Below are positions 53,835 to 63,816 of a DNA stretch of 64,000 nt, one piece after another (the first letter of the stretch is position 1; the number at the start of each line of letters is the position of its first letter). A program made the translations under genes and the position numbers. The DNA is taken from the NCBI GenBank assembly GCA_014860575.1, contig JACZJK010000033.1, positions 37,743 to 101,742 of the forward strand, given 5' to 3'. The notes under the pieces were generated by a model, which saw nothing but the letters and a program-made list of their open reading frames with translations, was not told the DNA's origin and made no database searches. The stretch comes from Bacteroidales bacterium (lineage in GTDB: Bacteria > Bacteroidota > Bacteroidia > Bacteroidales > JAAYJT01).

Positions 53835-55085
53835 TCATTTAACGACCCTACCATTTAGGATTACCGTTTCAACCTTATTACTGCCATAGGCATAAGGCAT
53901 GAAAGCGTATGTAGGGATGGGCTGTGTAATGAAAAGATTGGCTTTTTTGCCAATTGCAATACTGCCCATTTCTTCACTCAGGCCCATAGCATAAGCGCTG
54001 TTGATGGTTGTAGCATTAAATGCTTCCTCTGGGGTCATACGATATTTGATGCAACCCATGGAGAGGATCAGTTGCATGTTTCCCGAAGGAGATGAACCAG
54101 GATTAAAATCACTTGCCATTGCCACAGGTAATCCTGCATCAATCATTTTCCGGGCAGGGGCATATATCAGACCAAGAAAAAAAGATGCGCCCGGTAACAA
54201 GGTAGGCATGGTATCAGAATCAAGCAATGATGTAATTTCATCATCACCTGTATATTCGAGGTGGTCAACAGAAAGGGCGTTGTATTTTACGCCCACCTGA
54301 ATGCCACCTGAAAAATCCAATTCATTGGCATGTATTTTTGGACGCAGGCCGTATTTTATGCCAGCCATCAGAATGCGTTCGGTTTCTTCGGTTGTAAAGA
54401 ATCCTTTATCACAGAAAACATCAATATAATCGGCAAGATCTTCAGCAGCAACTGCCGGGATCATTTCATTGATGATCAGATCAACGTATTCGCCCTGCCT
54501 GCCTTTATATTCGAGCGGAACAGCGTGCGCTCCAAGAAATGTAGCCACTATAGTGAGCGGAGAAACTTCTTTCAGCTTTCGGATCACACGCAACATTTTC
54601 AATTCGTCTTCGGTGTTCAGACCGTAACCGCTTTTGATTTCAACGGCGCCGGTTCCAAAGCCAATAATTTCATTTAGCCTTGCCTGTGCCTGTTCAACGA
54701 GGCTGTCAAAAGATGTATCATGCAAACGCTTTGCGGAATTCAAAATCCCTCCACCGCGTTTGGCAATCTCTTCATAACTCAAGCCCTTTATCTTATCAAT
54801 GTATTCAATTTCGCGGCTTCCAGCATACACAAGGTGGGTGTGGGAGTCGCAGAATGATGGGAATACCATTTTACCGCTGGCATCAATCTTTTCTAATTTT
54901 TCCGTATTTATATTTTTTAATGATAAGTCTCGCATGCTTCCAAAGTCAGCGATTTTACCGTCTTCGATGAGCAGCCAGGCATTCTTCAAAGTATTAAGCC
55001 TGCCCATTTCCTTACCCCTGGCTAAAAGCCGGTTTCCATCATCAATGCCAATTAATTCCTTAATGCTTTCAATCAAAATCTCCAT
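53835..55085 (-). CDS. hutI: imidazolonepropionase
   Basis: 416 aa. Amidohydrolase motifs are FCDSHTHLVYAGSR, KIHANEL and ASDFNPGSSP. Confidence 0.92.
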   Translation of the reverse strand: MEILIESIKELIGIDDGNRLLARGKEMGRLNTLKNAWLLIEDGKIADFGSMRDLSLKNINTEKLEKIDASGKMVFPSFCDSHTHLVYAGSREIEYIDKIKGLSYEEIAKRGGGILNSAKRLHDTSFDSLVEQAQARLNEIIGFGTGAVEIKSGYGLNTEDELKMLRVIRKLKEVSPLTIVATFLGAHAVPLEYKGRQGEYVDLIINEMIPAVAAEDLADYIDVFCDKGFFTTEETERILMAGIKYGLRPKIHANELDFSGGIQVGVKYNALSVDHLEYTGDDEITSLLDSDTMPTLLPGASFFLGLIYAPARKMIDAGLPVAMASDFNPGSSPSGNMQLILSMGCIKYRMTPEEAFNATTINSAYAMGLSEEMGSIAIGKKANLFITQPIPTYAFMPYAYGSNKVETVILNGRVVK

Positions 55086-55170
55086 AGTTGCTTTATTATA
55101 ATTCGGTTGCGAAATTAAACAATTACAGGAAAGAAGAACGAAACCGGTTTTTTGCGATCATTACACACCG

Positions 55171-55231
55171 CTCAACTCTCTAAACACCCTAAACTTCTAA
55201 ACTTCTAAACTCTCTTCGCAACTTCACCTCG
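55171..55231. repeat. degenerate octamer tandem array (CTAAACNN), G-poor
   Basis: Units read ctcaactct ctaaacac cctaaactt ctaaactt ctaaactct cttcgcaacttcacctcg. It lies in the hutI / T9SS-cargo divergent spacer. Confidence 0.75.
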
Positions 55232-55389
55232 TAGCGAGAGATTTTACGAATAAAACTGGTCAAAGTACAACCTAAAAAATATTCATACCTTTACAGGCTA
55301 ACTTTTTTTTTGCTGCTGAAAAAGCAGTCTGAGTGATTTCTCTTTGACGACCTGCAAATTATTATAATCCTTTAACCAATATTAAAGTC

Positions 55390-58296
55390 ATGAAAAACAA
55401 AGCTTTACAAATTATTTTAATCGTTATCAGCCTGATGCTGTTCCAGACAGCTCAAAGCCAGACCGGTGAGCGAAGCTGGACTATCCTCGAAACATACACC
55501 GTTCCGGGCAAAGCTTCCGGACTGGCATGGGATGGAACCTACCTTTACTTTGGTATTTACGGTGCAAACGGTGACAAAGTGTATCGGTTCGATCCGGTAA
55601 GCGGAACAAACCAACTGCAATTCTCCAATCCATCAATAGGCGATTCATATGGCATGACTTACGATGGGCAGCATCTTTGGATCATTGACCGTGGAACGTC
55701 CGGTCCTTCTTATGCTCTGCAGCTTGATTTGAGTGGAAATATTGTTTCACAGTTTACACTTCCGGCTCAGTACATGTCGGGCATAGCCTACGATAATGGT
55801 GATTTTTGGGTTAATGTTTACTATCCGGATCCAGGCGTGGTCTATAAAGTTACCAACGCCGGCGCCATTCTCCAACAATTTGCTCCGCCACACGATCAGC
55901 CCTGGGACATCTGCCTGCAGGGCAATGACCTGTGGATTGTTGATTACAATGCCTACAAGATTAATAAAGTTGATCAAACCGGCACTGTCCTCGAAAGTCA
56001 TGATGCCGAGAATCAGCGTCCGGCAGGGATTGTATTTGATGGAACTTATCTCTGGTATGTTGATGGGCCGCTGGGTGCAAACAGCACACTTTATAAAGTT
56101 GATCCAGGTGGAGCAGGAACTCCTGCAATTCAGGTACCGGTTAACTCATGGGACTTTGGAAATGTTACCGTTGGTTCTACAGGAACCTGGAATTTGCTTG
56201 TGCAAAGCACCGGTACAGCGCCGTTGGAAGTCAGCAATATTCTTTTCCCACCCAATTTTCCGGTGTATAGCACAGCTACTTTTCCGGTTATAATTCCAAA
56301 CGGACAATCGGCAACAATTCCAATTGTGTTCGCACCACAGGCAGCCGGACCATTGAATGGCAGCGCCCAGGTTGTATCAAACGATCCTGTGAACCCATCG
56401 GTAAGCATCACCATGAATGGTTATGGAGTAATTGATGGCCCCAATATTCACTTGCCGGTTTCAAGCCATAATTATGGAACCATCCGTACCAATGCTACTA
56501 AACGTTGGACGATGGAGGTTCAGAATACTGGAAATGCTGTTTTGACAATTAATTCAATCACGGTTGACGATCCAAATTTTTATGTAGAAGACAATGTCAG
56601 CCTGCCGATAAACCTGGCTCCGCTCGCACAGGCATATTTCAATGTCTGGTTCTGGCCTTCACAAGGCATGCCCTATGAGGCTACACTGAGCATCGAAAGC
56701 AATGACCTGCCCAACAATCCTTTACTCGTTGAGCTGGCAGGCTCCGGACAGGATGGCCCCTACCCTATCGGCACCAATTTATGGCAGCATGTTATTACGA
56801 ATGGTTTCGATAACAGCCCAAAAGCCATGCATTATATTCCAGATATTAATGGAGATGGAATAGCTGATTACATAGTTTGCTCCGAAGATAATAACGTAAG
56901 GTGTTTTAATGGCAATGCGTCCGGTGAGGGACAAGTACTTTGGGCACGGGAAATTTATTCCGGTAATATCTACCAGCAAACTGCACTTACACTCATTGAA
57001 GACATCAATGAAGATGGCTATACCGATGTTGTAGTGGGAACCACGGGCGGTGATCGCTCAATAGTAGCCCTAAGCGGGAAAACAGGTGAAATTTTATGGA
57101 AACACAGCACTACAAACATAGGTGGAGGTGGATGGGTTTATGCCGTTGATACAAAGTTTGATTACAACGGAGATGAATTTCCCGATGTATTGGCAGCAAC
57201 AGGAGATGATGGCAACGGCACCGGCCCACGCAGGGTTTATTGCCTTGATGGCAAAATTGGAAATCCAATCTGGGAATCCTTCTTCAGTGCAGCAGCTTTT
57301 GCCGTAATGGGTGTTGAAGATTTTAATAATGACGGAATTCCTGATGTAATTGCTGCCGGCGACAACCAAAGCGGAAGTGCAGGAAGGGTAGCAGGAATCA
57401 ATGGAACCAACGGTGGCATTTTGTGGTCTTACACCACTTCAGGTATTTCAGTATTTGCCATAGAAACCCTTGATGATATCAACGGCGATGGAGTACCCGA
57501 TATCATTGCAGGAAGTTTTAACGGTAATTATTACCTGATGAACCCGGTAAATGGCTCGGTGTTGCACCAGGGATATTTAGGAAACAACCTGATTGTAAAA
57601 TTCGCGAGCCTTGATGATGTGAACGGCGATGGCTATGCAGATATCATACCCGGCCACTCCGGAACCGTAGCCATGGTGATCAATGGTTATGATGGTTCGC
57701 AAATCTGGACAAAATCATTACCCGATAAACCCTGGAATGTGGCACGCATCCCCGATGTGAGCGGAAACAACATTAATGATGTTGTGGTTGGAACCCTGTT
57801 CCAAAGCAATTTTGTCTATTTCCTGAAAGGAACCGACGGTACAGACCTTTTCTCGCAGAATTATGGAGAGGCTATTGATGCCATCGGTGTTATTCCGGAT
57901 ATTACAGGCGACCATTCATGGGAAATGATTGCCGGTGGAAGAAATGGTAAAGTTGTTTGCTATTCAGGCGGAGTGGATACTTTTGTAGGGATTGATGATC
58001 CTCAGAAACCAGAAGGAAACACTTTCATGGTCAGCAGTTTTCCGAATCCGTTTACGGAAGAAACAACCATTACAGTAAATCTGCCATTTGCAGCTTCAAT
58101 GAGCATTAATATTATTGACATTTCGGGAACCAATGTGTGGCAGTTGCCGGAAAAGATGTATCAGCAGGGCCAACATGAAATCAAATGGAACGGTACTAAC
58201 AATCATGGAAAAAAACTGCGCCAAGGCATTTACATTTATGAAGTATTGTTGCAGGGCCGGAGTTCTTCGGGTAAGTTGATTTTGATGGGCGAGTAA
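55390..58296 (+). CDS. T9SS cargo: five-repeat propeller + two choice-of-anchor-D/ASH-like Ig domains + FG-GAP/VCBS repeats + CTD
   Basis: 968 aa with a signal peptide. The N-terminal repeats are GLAWDGTYLYF, GMTYDGQHLWII, GIAYDNGDFWVN, CLQGNDLWIV and GIVFDGTYLWYV. Ig-like units contain WDFGNVTVGS...LEVSNI. There are many DINGDGxxD FG-GAP Ca-binding loops. The CTD is FPNPFTEETTITV...GIYIYEVLLQ. Confidence 0.65.
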   Translation: MKNKALQIILIVISLMLFQTAQSQTGERSWTILETYTVPGKASGLAWDGTYLYFGIYGANGDKVYRFDPVSGTNQLQFSNPSIGDSYGMTYDGQHLWIIDRGTSGPSYALQLDLSGNIVSQFTLPAQYMSGIAYDNGDFWVNVYYPDPGVVYKVTNAGAILQQFAPPHDQPWDICLQGNDLWIVDYNAYKINKVDQTGTVLESHDAENQRPAGIVFDGTYLWYVDGPLGANSTLYKVDPGGAGTPAIQVPVNSWDFGNVTVGSTGTWNLLVQSTGTAPLEVSNILFPPNFPVYSTATFPVIIPNGQSATIPIVFAPQAAGPLNGSAQVVSNDPVNPSVSITMNGYGVIDGPNIHLPVSSHNYGTIRTNATKRWTMEVQNTGNAVLTINSITVDDPNFYVEDNVSLPINLAPLAQAYFNVWFWPSQGMPYEATLSIESNDLPNNPLLVELAGSGQDGPYPIGTNLWQHVITNGFDNSPKAMHYIPDINGDGIADYIVCSEDNNVRCFNGNASGEGQVLWAREIYSGNIYQQTALTLIEDINEDGYTDVVVGTTGGDRSIVALSGKTGEILWKHSTTNIGGGGWVYAVDTKFDYNGDEFPDVLAATGDDGNGTGPRRVYCLDGKIGNPIWESFFSAAAFAVMGVEDFNNDGIPDVIAAGDNQSGSAGRVAGINGTNGGILWSYTTSGISVFAIETLDDINGDGVPDIIAGSFNGNYYLMNPVNGSVLHQGYLGNNLIVKFASLDDVNGDGYADIIPGHSGTVAMVINGYDGSQIWTKSLPDKPWNVARIPDVSGNNINDVVVGTLFQSNFVYFLKGTDGTDLFSQNYGEAIDAIGVIPDITGDHSWEMIAGGRNGKVVCYSGGVDTFVGIDDPQKPEGNTFMVSSFPNPFTEETTITVNLPFAASMSINIIDISGTNVWQLPEKMYQQGQHEIKWNGTNNHGKKLRQGIYIYEVLLQGRSSSGKLILMGE

Positions 58297-58337
58297 GCCC
58301 AATGTACTAATTTACTCTAACACCAATATATTCAGCG

Positions 58338-60953
58338 ATGCACAAACTCAGATTACGCCGAACAACTCTACTTAGCCTACTAGCTCTGGTTCTAGGAATA
58401 GCCGGGATTACTTTCTATCTTGCCACCATTTCCAATGAAAAACCACTTTTCCAATCCTTGCCTGAAAACAAGGAGCCAAAGATGGTGCCTAACGACTGGA
58501 TGGCCAAGCAAAAGCTCTATCCCAATTCCAAATTCAGTCATGAGCATTACTTACACTCACTCCGGCAGGCCAGAACGTTGCATGACAATTCACCCTCTTT
58601 CAGGGCTTCGTGGGAACTGGCCGGGCCAAAGAATATTGGTGGTCGCATTACCGACATTGCCATACATCCTGATAATCCAACCACCATGTATATTGGTGCA
58701 GCATCCGGCGGCATACTAAAAACAACCAACAACGGATTATCCTGGGAAAATGTTTTCACTGAAGCCCCTGTGATTTCGATTGGAGCGCTGGCCATTGACC
58801 CTGCTGATCAGAACGTATTATATGCCGGAACCGGTGAAGCCAATGCATCAAGTTACAGCTTTATCGGCAACGGTTTGTATAAATCAAGTGATGCAGGTCT
58901 TTCATGGGACTTTATCGGGCTTGAGCAATCGGCATATTTTGGTCGCATTTTGGTTGACCATTCCAATAGCCAGCGTGTTTTTGCTGCCGCCTGCGGAACC
59001 CTGTTCACACCCAATGAGCAACGTGGTATTTACCGTTCCGAAGATGCCGGTAGTACCTGGGAGCAGGTATTGTTTGTTTCGGACTCCACGGCTGGAGTTG
59101 ATATTGTGCAGCATCCTTCCAATCCGGACATTCTTTATGCTGCCATGTGGGAACGCATGCGCGGCATTACTTACCGGCGTTCGCACGGGCCAACTTCAGG
59201 TATTTACAAAACCATGGATGGAGGCGATACATGGACTTTGCTGGAAAACGGGCTTCCCGGCGGAAGCCAGAAAGGGCGCATCGGGCTGGCCATTGCGCAG
59301 AACAACCCGGAAATCGTGTATGCATTTATTGACCGCAATATGAGTGGAAACGTTGTTGCAAGTGTTTATAAAACAATCAACGGAGGAGCATCGTGGCAAC
59401 AAACCAATGATGGTGCACTTTCGGACATGAACAGTACTTTCGGCTGGTACTTTGGCCAGATCAGGGTTGATCCGCTCAACGACAACCGCATCTTCATGCT
59501 TGGTGTTGACCTTTACCGCTCAGATAATGGCGGCAGTTCTTACACACAAATCGCCGGTTACTTCAATATAGATGAAATTTACGTTGATAATCATGCCATG
59601 TATATTGATCCGAACACAGGGTTTATTGTTCATGGAAATGATGGCGGCTTATACACGAGTTCCAATTATGGCAACTCGTGGAACAAAGTCAATAACTTGC
59701 CAATGACCCAATTTTACGCCATCGAAATTGATTACCTGAACCCACAAAGAATTTATGGCGGAACCCAGGATAACAATACGGTGCGAACGCTTACCGGCTC
59801 ACTCACCGACTGGCAGCGCATCCTTGACGGCGACGGATTCTATTGCCTGGTAGATTACACCAACTCCAACACCATTTATGCTGAATCACAATGGGGAAAT
59901 CTTTACCGGTCAACCACCGGAGGAAATAACTTCTCGTACATAGCTGATGATTTTTCAGGCGACCGCACCAATTGGTCCTCACCTTTTGTCATGCATCCTG
60001 ATAATAATCAAACTTTGTTTTTCGGAACTTACCGGGTTTGGAAAACCACGAACCGGGGCAATTCCTGGACGGCTATCAGCAGTGATCTTACTAACAACCT
60101 TGGTGCTTCCGGATTCAGTACGCTAAGCACGCTGGCAATCTCTACACTTAATCCAAACTACCTGCTTACCGGATCTGATGATGGGCGCGTTCACATTACT
60201 GCAAACGGAGGCCTGAACTGGGCGGATATCTCTGCGGGCCTGCCTGTGCGCTGGATCACACGGGTGGCTTTCGATCCGTTTGAAATTAACACTATTTATG
60301 CTACAGTATCGGGGTTCAGATGGGATGAGCCGCATCCTTATGTGTTTCGATCCACAAACCTTGGCCAGGATTGGGAAAGCATCAATGGCAACCTGCCTGA
60401 GTTACCTGTGAATGTTATTATTGCCGATCCCGGTGTTCAGAACCGTTTGTTTGTGGGAACCGATGCCGGGATATTTTACACAGAAAATGGCGGGGAGCAA
60501 TGGTGGGGTTTATCGCAGGGTATTCCGAATGTGCCGGTAACGGATCTGAAAATTCATCATCCAACCCGCAGCATTGTGGCAGGAACTTATGGTTGTTCAG
60601 CTTACAAGCTTGATCTTGGTCTTCTCACAGGATATGATGAAACAGCTCAGCAAATAAAGAGCAATGCTGTTGTGCTCAAACCACCTGCGCCTAATCCATT
60701 TTCAAGAGCAGCTACCTCGGAAATTGAAATTTCGTTTTACATGGCAAGCGAATCCAATGTCAATCTTGCAATATACAGCCTCAACGGAATGCTTGTTGCT
60801 ACCCTGGCTTCAGGAAATCATCCTGGCGGTTCCCACACTTATAACTGGAATGCTACGCATGAAAATGGCAAATCCCTTACTGCCGGCGTGTATATTATCA
60901 ACCTTGCAATCGGGTCGGGTAACGTCAACCAGAAAATTGTGATCGCAGATTAA
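58338..60953 (+). CDS. T9SS cargo: sortilin/VPS10- or GH74-like double propeller with BNR/Asp-box repeats + CTD
   Basis: 871 aa with an N-terminal signal/anchor. It has about 11 Asp-boxes (SxDxGxTW type: SSDAGLSW, SEDAGSTW, TMDGGDTW, TINGGASW, and others). The CTD is PAPNPFSRAATSEIEISF...GVYIINLAIGS. Confidence 0.7.
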   Translation: MHKLRLRRTTLLSLLALVLGIAGITFYLATISNEKPLFQSLPENKEPKMVPNDWMAKQKLYPNSKFSHEHYLHSLRQARTLHDNSPSFRASWELAGPKNIGGRITDIAIHPDNPTTMYIGAASGGILKTTNNGLSWENVFTEAPVISIGALAIDPADQNVLYAGTGEANASSYSFIGNGLYKSSDAGLSWDFIGLEQSAYFGRILVDHSNSQRVFAAACGTLFTPNEQRGIYRSEDAGSTWEQVLFVSDSTAGVDIVQHPSNPDILYAAMWERMRGITYRRSHGPTSGIYKTMDGGDTWTLLENGLPGGSQKGRIGLAIAQNNPEIVYAFIDRNMSGNVVASVYKTINGGASWQQTNDGALSDMNSTFGWYFGQIRVDPLNDNRIFMLGVDLYRSDNGGSSYTQIAGYFNIDEIYVDNHAMYIDPNTGFIVHGNDGGLYTSSNYGNSWNKVNNLPMTQFYAIEIDYLNPQRIYGGTQDNNTVRTLTGSLTDWQRILDGDGFYCLVDYTNSNTIYAESQWGNLYRSTTGGNNFSYIADDFSGDRTNWSSPFVMHPDNNQTLFFGTYRVWKTTNRGNSWTAISSDLTNNLGASGFSTLSTLAISTLNPNYLLTGSDDGRVHITANGGLNWADISAGLPVRWITRVAFDPFEINTIYATVSGFRWDEPHPYVFRSTNLGQDWESINGNLPELPVNVIIADPGVQNRLFVGTDAGIFYTENGGEQWWGLSQGIPNVPVTDLKIHHPTRSIVAGTYGCSAYKLDLGLLTGYDETAQQIKSNAVVLKPPAPNPFSRAATSEIEISFYMASESNVNLAIYSLNGMLVATLASGNHPGGSHTYNWNATHENGKSLTAGVYIINLAIGSGNVNQKIVIAD

Positions 60954-60979
60954 GAAACAATCTACCAATCATTAATTTC

Positions 60980-61552
60980 ATGAGAACCAACCTATTTTTA
61001 GTGTTGCTGCTGTATGGCTGCGTGCCATGCGATGATCCGATTGTGCTCGACAACGGACCGTTGCCAGATAGCATACTTGCGATGGTTCCTTATGCAGATG
61101 GAAATGTTTACTCGCTTCAGCATTCCAATGGACAAATAATCAACTTTGCTTCCACACGGTTTTCAGAAACGGAAGTAGAGGATTGCCACTATTGTTGTGA
61201 TCACACAATCAGTTATGAAATCAACTCAACCAAACTGACCCCTGATTATCCTGTTTTCAGCATTGACTTTTGGCTATCAAACGCTGACACTATTCAATAT
61301 GGGTTTTCCTGCAATGTTGGCAAATACTTTCTCAACATCCCGGTTCACAAGCATCAATACTCAGTATTTCTTGATTATGCCGACTCGATACAGATTGGCA
61401 GCACGTATTATTATGATGTTTTCAGGATCAAACCATACAACCATAACCTTTACAATGAACCCATCAAGGTTGATAGTGTGTATTACAACCGAACTGAAGG
61501 TATAATCTTTATTAAAATGTCGAATGAAGAATACTATAGCATTATTGATTAA
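60980..61552 (+). CDS. hypothetical lipoprotein
   Basis: 190 aa. MRTNLFLVLLLYGC has a lipobox Cys. I recognise no family. Confidence 0.5.
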   Translation: MRTNLFLVLLLYGCVPCDDPIVLDNGPLPDSILAMVPYADGNVYSLQHSNGQIINFASTRFSETEVEDCHYCCDHTISYEINSTKLTPDYPVFSIDFWLSNADTIQYGFSCNVGKYFLNIPVHKHQYSVFLDYADSIQIGSTYYYDVFRIKPYNHNLYNEPIKVDSVYYNRTEGIIFIKMSNEEYYSIID

Positions 61553-62204
61553 TACTTTCATATTGGTTGCGCTGATGGCTTCGCTTGCAGCCTGCAATCT
61601 GCCAAAAGAAAAAGTTTATAAGATTGAAGATGGGAACAAAGGTTGGTTGTATGATGGAGATGTTGGCAGCGGCATAATCATGGCAGACAATAATGGAATT
61701 TCAGAAAGTTTTTTATTGTACTCCAGCGATCATGAGTTTAGTGAAGGCGCCAGTGGGTACTTCTTTGTTACAACCGAAGTAAGCAAAAGGGAGTCATTTC
61801 ACCAGGCTTTTTCATCCACTTACAGTCATAGATTCAGTCTTTCTTTGAGCGCCAATTACCCTCCGTTTGGCGATGAATTATATGTGAACCTTGATGGGAT
61901 TACCTTTGCCTACGATTTGAAATACAACGAAATTTCAAGGCTTGACACGCCATTTGGCTATAAATCAAAGACGATGACAGACGAAGGATACTCCGGTTAC
62001 ATCATCATTGAGTCAACTGTTGAAATGCTAAATCATCTTGAACTGAACGGTTTCACGTATGACGAGGTTTTGAAGTTTACAATAAATGATTTTCCTGAAA
62101 ATTGGACAAATTTTACAATCAGGGAAATTTTTATTGCCAGAGAACATGGGCTTGTAAAATATGTTATGAATAATGGAATCGAAGTTTTAAGAAGCATGAA
62201 TTAA
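61524..62204 (+). CDS. hypothetical lipoprotein
   Basis: 226 aa with the signal MKNTIALLINTFILVALMASLAAC. Its start is embedded 29 nt inside the upstream gene. Confidence 0.5.
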   Translation: MKNTIALLINTFILVALMASLAACNLPKEKVYKIEDGNKGWLYDGDVGSGIIMADNNGISESFLLYSSDHEFSEGASGYFFVTTEVSKRESFHQAFSSTYSHRFSLSLSANYPPFGDELYVNLDGITFAYDLKYNEISRLDTPFGYKSKTMTDEGYSGYIIIESTVEMLNHLELNGFTYDEVLKFTINDFPENWTNFTIREIFIAREHGLVKYVMNNGIEVLRSMN

Positions 62205-62260
62205 GCTCCAGCCAAACGGAAATTCTGTTAAGGCCATTTCTCAAACAATCGAATACAGGA

Positions 62261-63733
62261 ATGAAGAAAAATTTACTTTCCAAATCCACATTTATCCGTG
62301 GAATGCAATGCCATAAATCGCTTTACCTTTATAAGCATAGATATTTCCTGCGCGATAAACTCTTGCCTGAACAATTGGCAAAGTTTAAACGCGGCACCAA
62401 TGTGGGTGTTTTGGCCAGACAATTGTTCCCAAATGGGTTTGATGCAAGTCCTCCAATCCACTTTCAAACTGCCCGTGCGGTAGAAACAACCCGTGAACTT
62501 GTAGCCAGGAAACATCCGGTTATTTACGAAGCCTATTTCAGTAATGATTCTGTTGTGGTGGCTTTGGATATTCTTGAACACAGAGATGGGAAATGGTATG
62601 GTTACGAAGTAAAAAGTTCACTCTCAATCAGCGAAACCTATCTCAATGATGCAGCTCTGCAATACCATGTGATCAGCAATTGCGGTGTTGACCTAGAAGA
62701 CTTCTCCATTATTTATATGAACAAGGATTATGTGCGGCAAGCGGAACTTGATCTGAACCAACTTTTCATCACACAAAGTGTGCTTGAAGAAGCCAGATCA
62801 AGGCAGCCCATGATAGCCGAAGAAATTGCCGCCCAACTCAAAGTTACCGAACTTTCAAAATCTCCGGCCATTGACATCGGCCCGCATTGCAACAAGCCCT
62901 ACCCCTGCGATTTCCAGGGGCATTGCTGGAAGCACATTCCCAAAAACTCCATTTTCGAACTGCAATTGTTAAATGAGGAACAAAAGTTTGAGTTGTACTC
63001 AAAAAGTATTTTGCTGCTGGTGGATATTCCTGATGATTTCCTTACCGACCCGGTTCAGAAAATGAAACTCCAGGCACACAAAACCGCAACACCCTTCATT
63101 GACAAGGAATTCATCCGCGGATTCATTGAAAAGATTGAATATGCTGTATGCTTCCTTAAAGTTTGGTATCATCGGCCGGCTGTACCACTATATGCGGGGA
63201 CGAGGCCATATGAGAAGTTGCCGTTTTTTCTAAGCACTGGCCATGCGTATCGTTCCTTTTCTGAACCAGAATTAAAGCATCATTATTTTGAACCTGGTCA
63301 AAATTCATTGCCAGTTTTCTATCAATTGCTCATTGAAATCCTCGAAACCAGCAAGAGCATCATTCTGTTTGATGACGTATTCTTAATTGATAAAGTTTCG
63401 GTTTTAAATTCTACTATTCAGCCAGGTTCGAATAAAACAATATTAGATCTGTCTGCAGTTTTGAAAAGCAATTATTATTACGACCCTCAGGCAAACCAGA
63501 AAAATGAACTTCCGGAGATTCCTACTGTCGCATCTTTCAGTACTTCTGTAAAAGACTTGTTTGCCAGCGAACTTGAAGCTTCATCAGCTTATAACATTGT
63601 GTCAGGAAAGAGTAAGGAGCAGGAAGATTTCATGATCAGGATGCAAGCAAGCTCGCATTTTCAGATTCAAAAGATGTCAGCATTTTTTAAGTATTTGAAA
63701 ATAATAACTGAGCCAAAATTTCCAACCAATTGA
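62261..63733 (+). CDS. DUF2779-like protein (Cas4/RecB-type PD-(D/E)XK nuclease fold with Cys cluster)
   Basis: 490 aa. The N-terminus is LSKSTFIRGMQCHKSLYLYK. GYEVKSS is followed by a distal cluster, HCNKPYPCDFQGHCW, giving an arrangement of one N-terminal Cys plus three C-terminal Cys typical of Fe-S nucleases. Confidence 0.6.
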   Translation: MKKNLLSKSTFIRGMQCHKSLYLYKHRYFLRDKLLPEQLAKFKRGTNVGVLARQLFPNGFDASPPIHFQTARAVETTRELVARKHPVIYEAYFSNDSVVVALDILEHRDGKWYGYEVKSSLSISETYLNDAALQYHVISNCGVDLEDFSIIYMNKDYVRQAELDLNQLFITQSVLEEARSRQPMIAEEIAAQLKVTELSKSPAIDIGPHCNKPYPCDFQGHCWKHIPKNSIFELQLLNEEQKFELYSKSILLLVDIPDDFLTDPVQKMKLQAHKTATPFIDKEFIRGFIEKIEYAVCFLKVWYHRPAVPLYAGTRPYEKLPFFLSTGHAYRSFSEPELKHHYFEPGQNSLPVFYQLLIEILETSKSIILFDDVFLIDKVSVLNSTIQPGSNKTILDLSAVLKSNYYYDPQANQKNELPEIPTVASFSTSVKDLFASELEASSAYNIVSGKSKEQEDFMIRMQASSHFQIQKMSAFFKYLKIITEPKFPTN

Positions 63734-63803
63734 TTAGTTGATTGTAGCGAATTGTTGAAAAATATTCTCGCACATTTCACAGCCAAACCTGTTTTAATAT
63801 CCC

Positions 63804-63811
63804 TATTTTTG
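63804..63811 (+). promoter_or_regulatory. -7 box (TAttTTTG) 5 nt upstream of the dnaB ATG
   Basis: Exact match. The spacing implies a leaderless or near-leaderless mRNA. Confidence 0.4.
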
Positions 63812-63816
63812 ACCCC

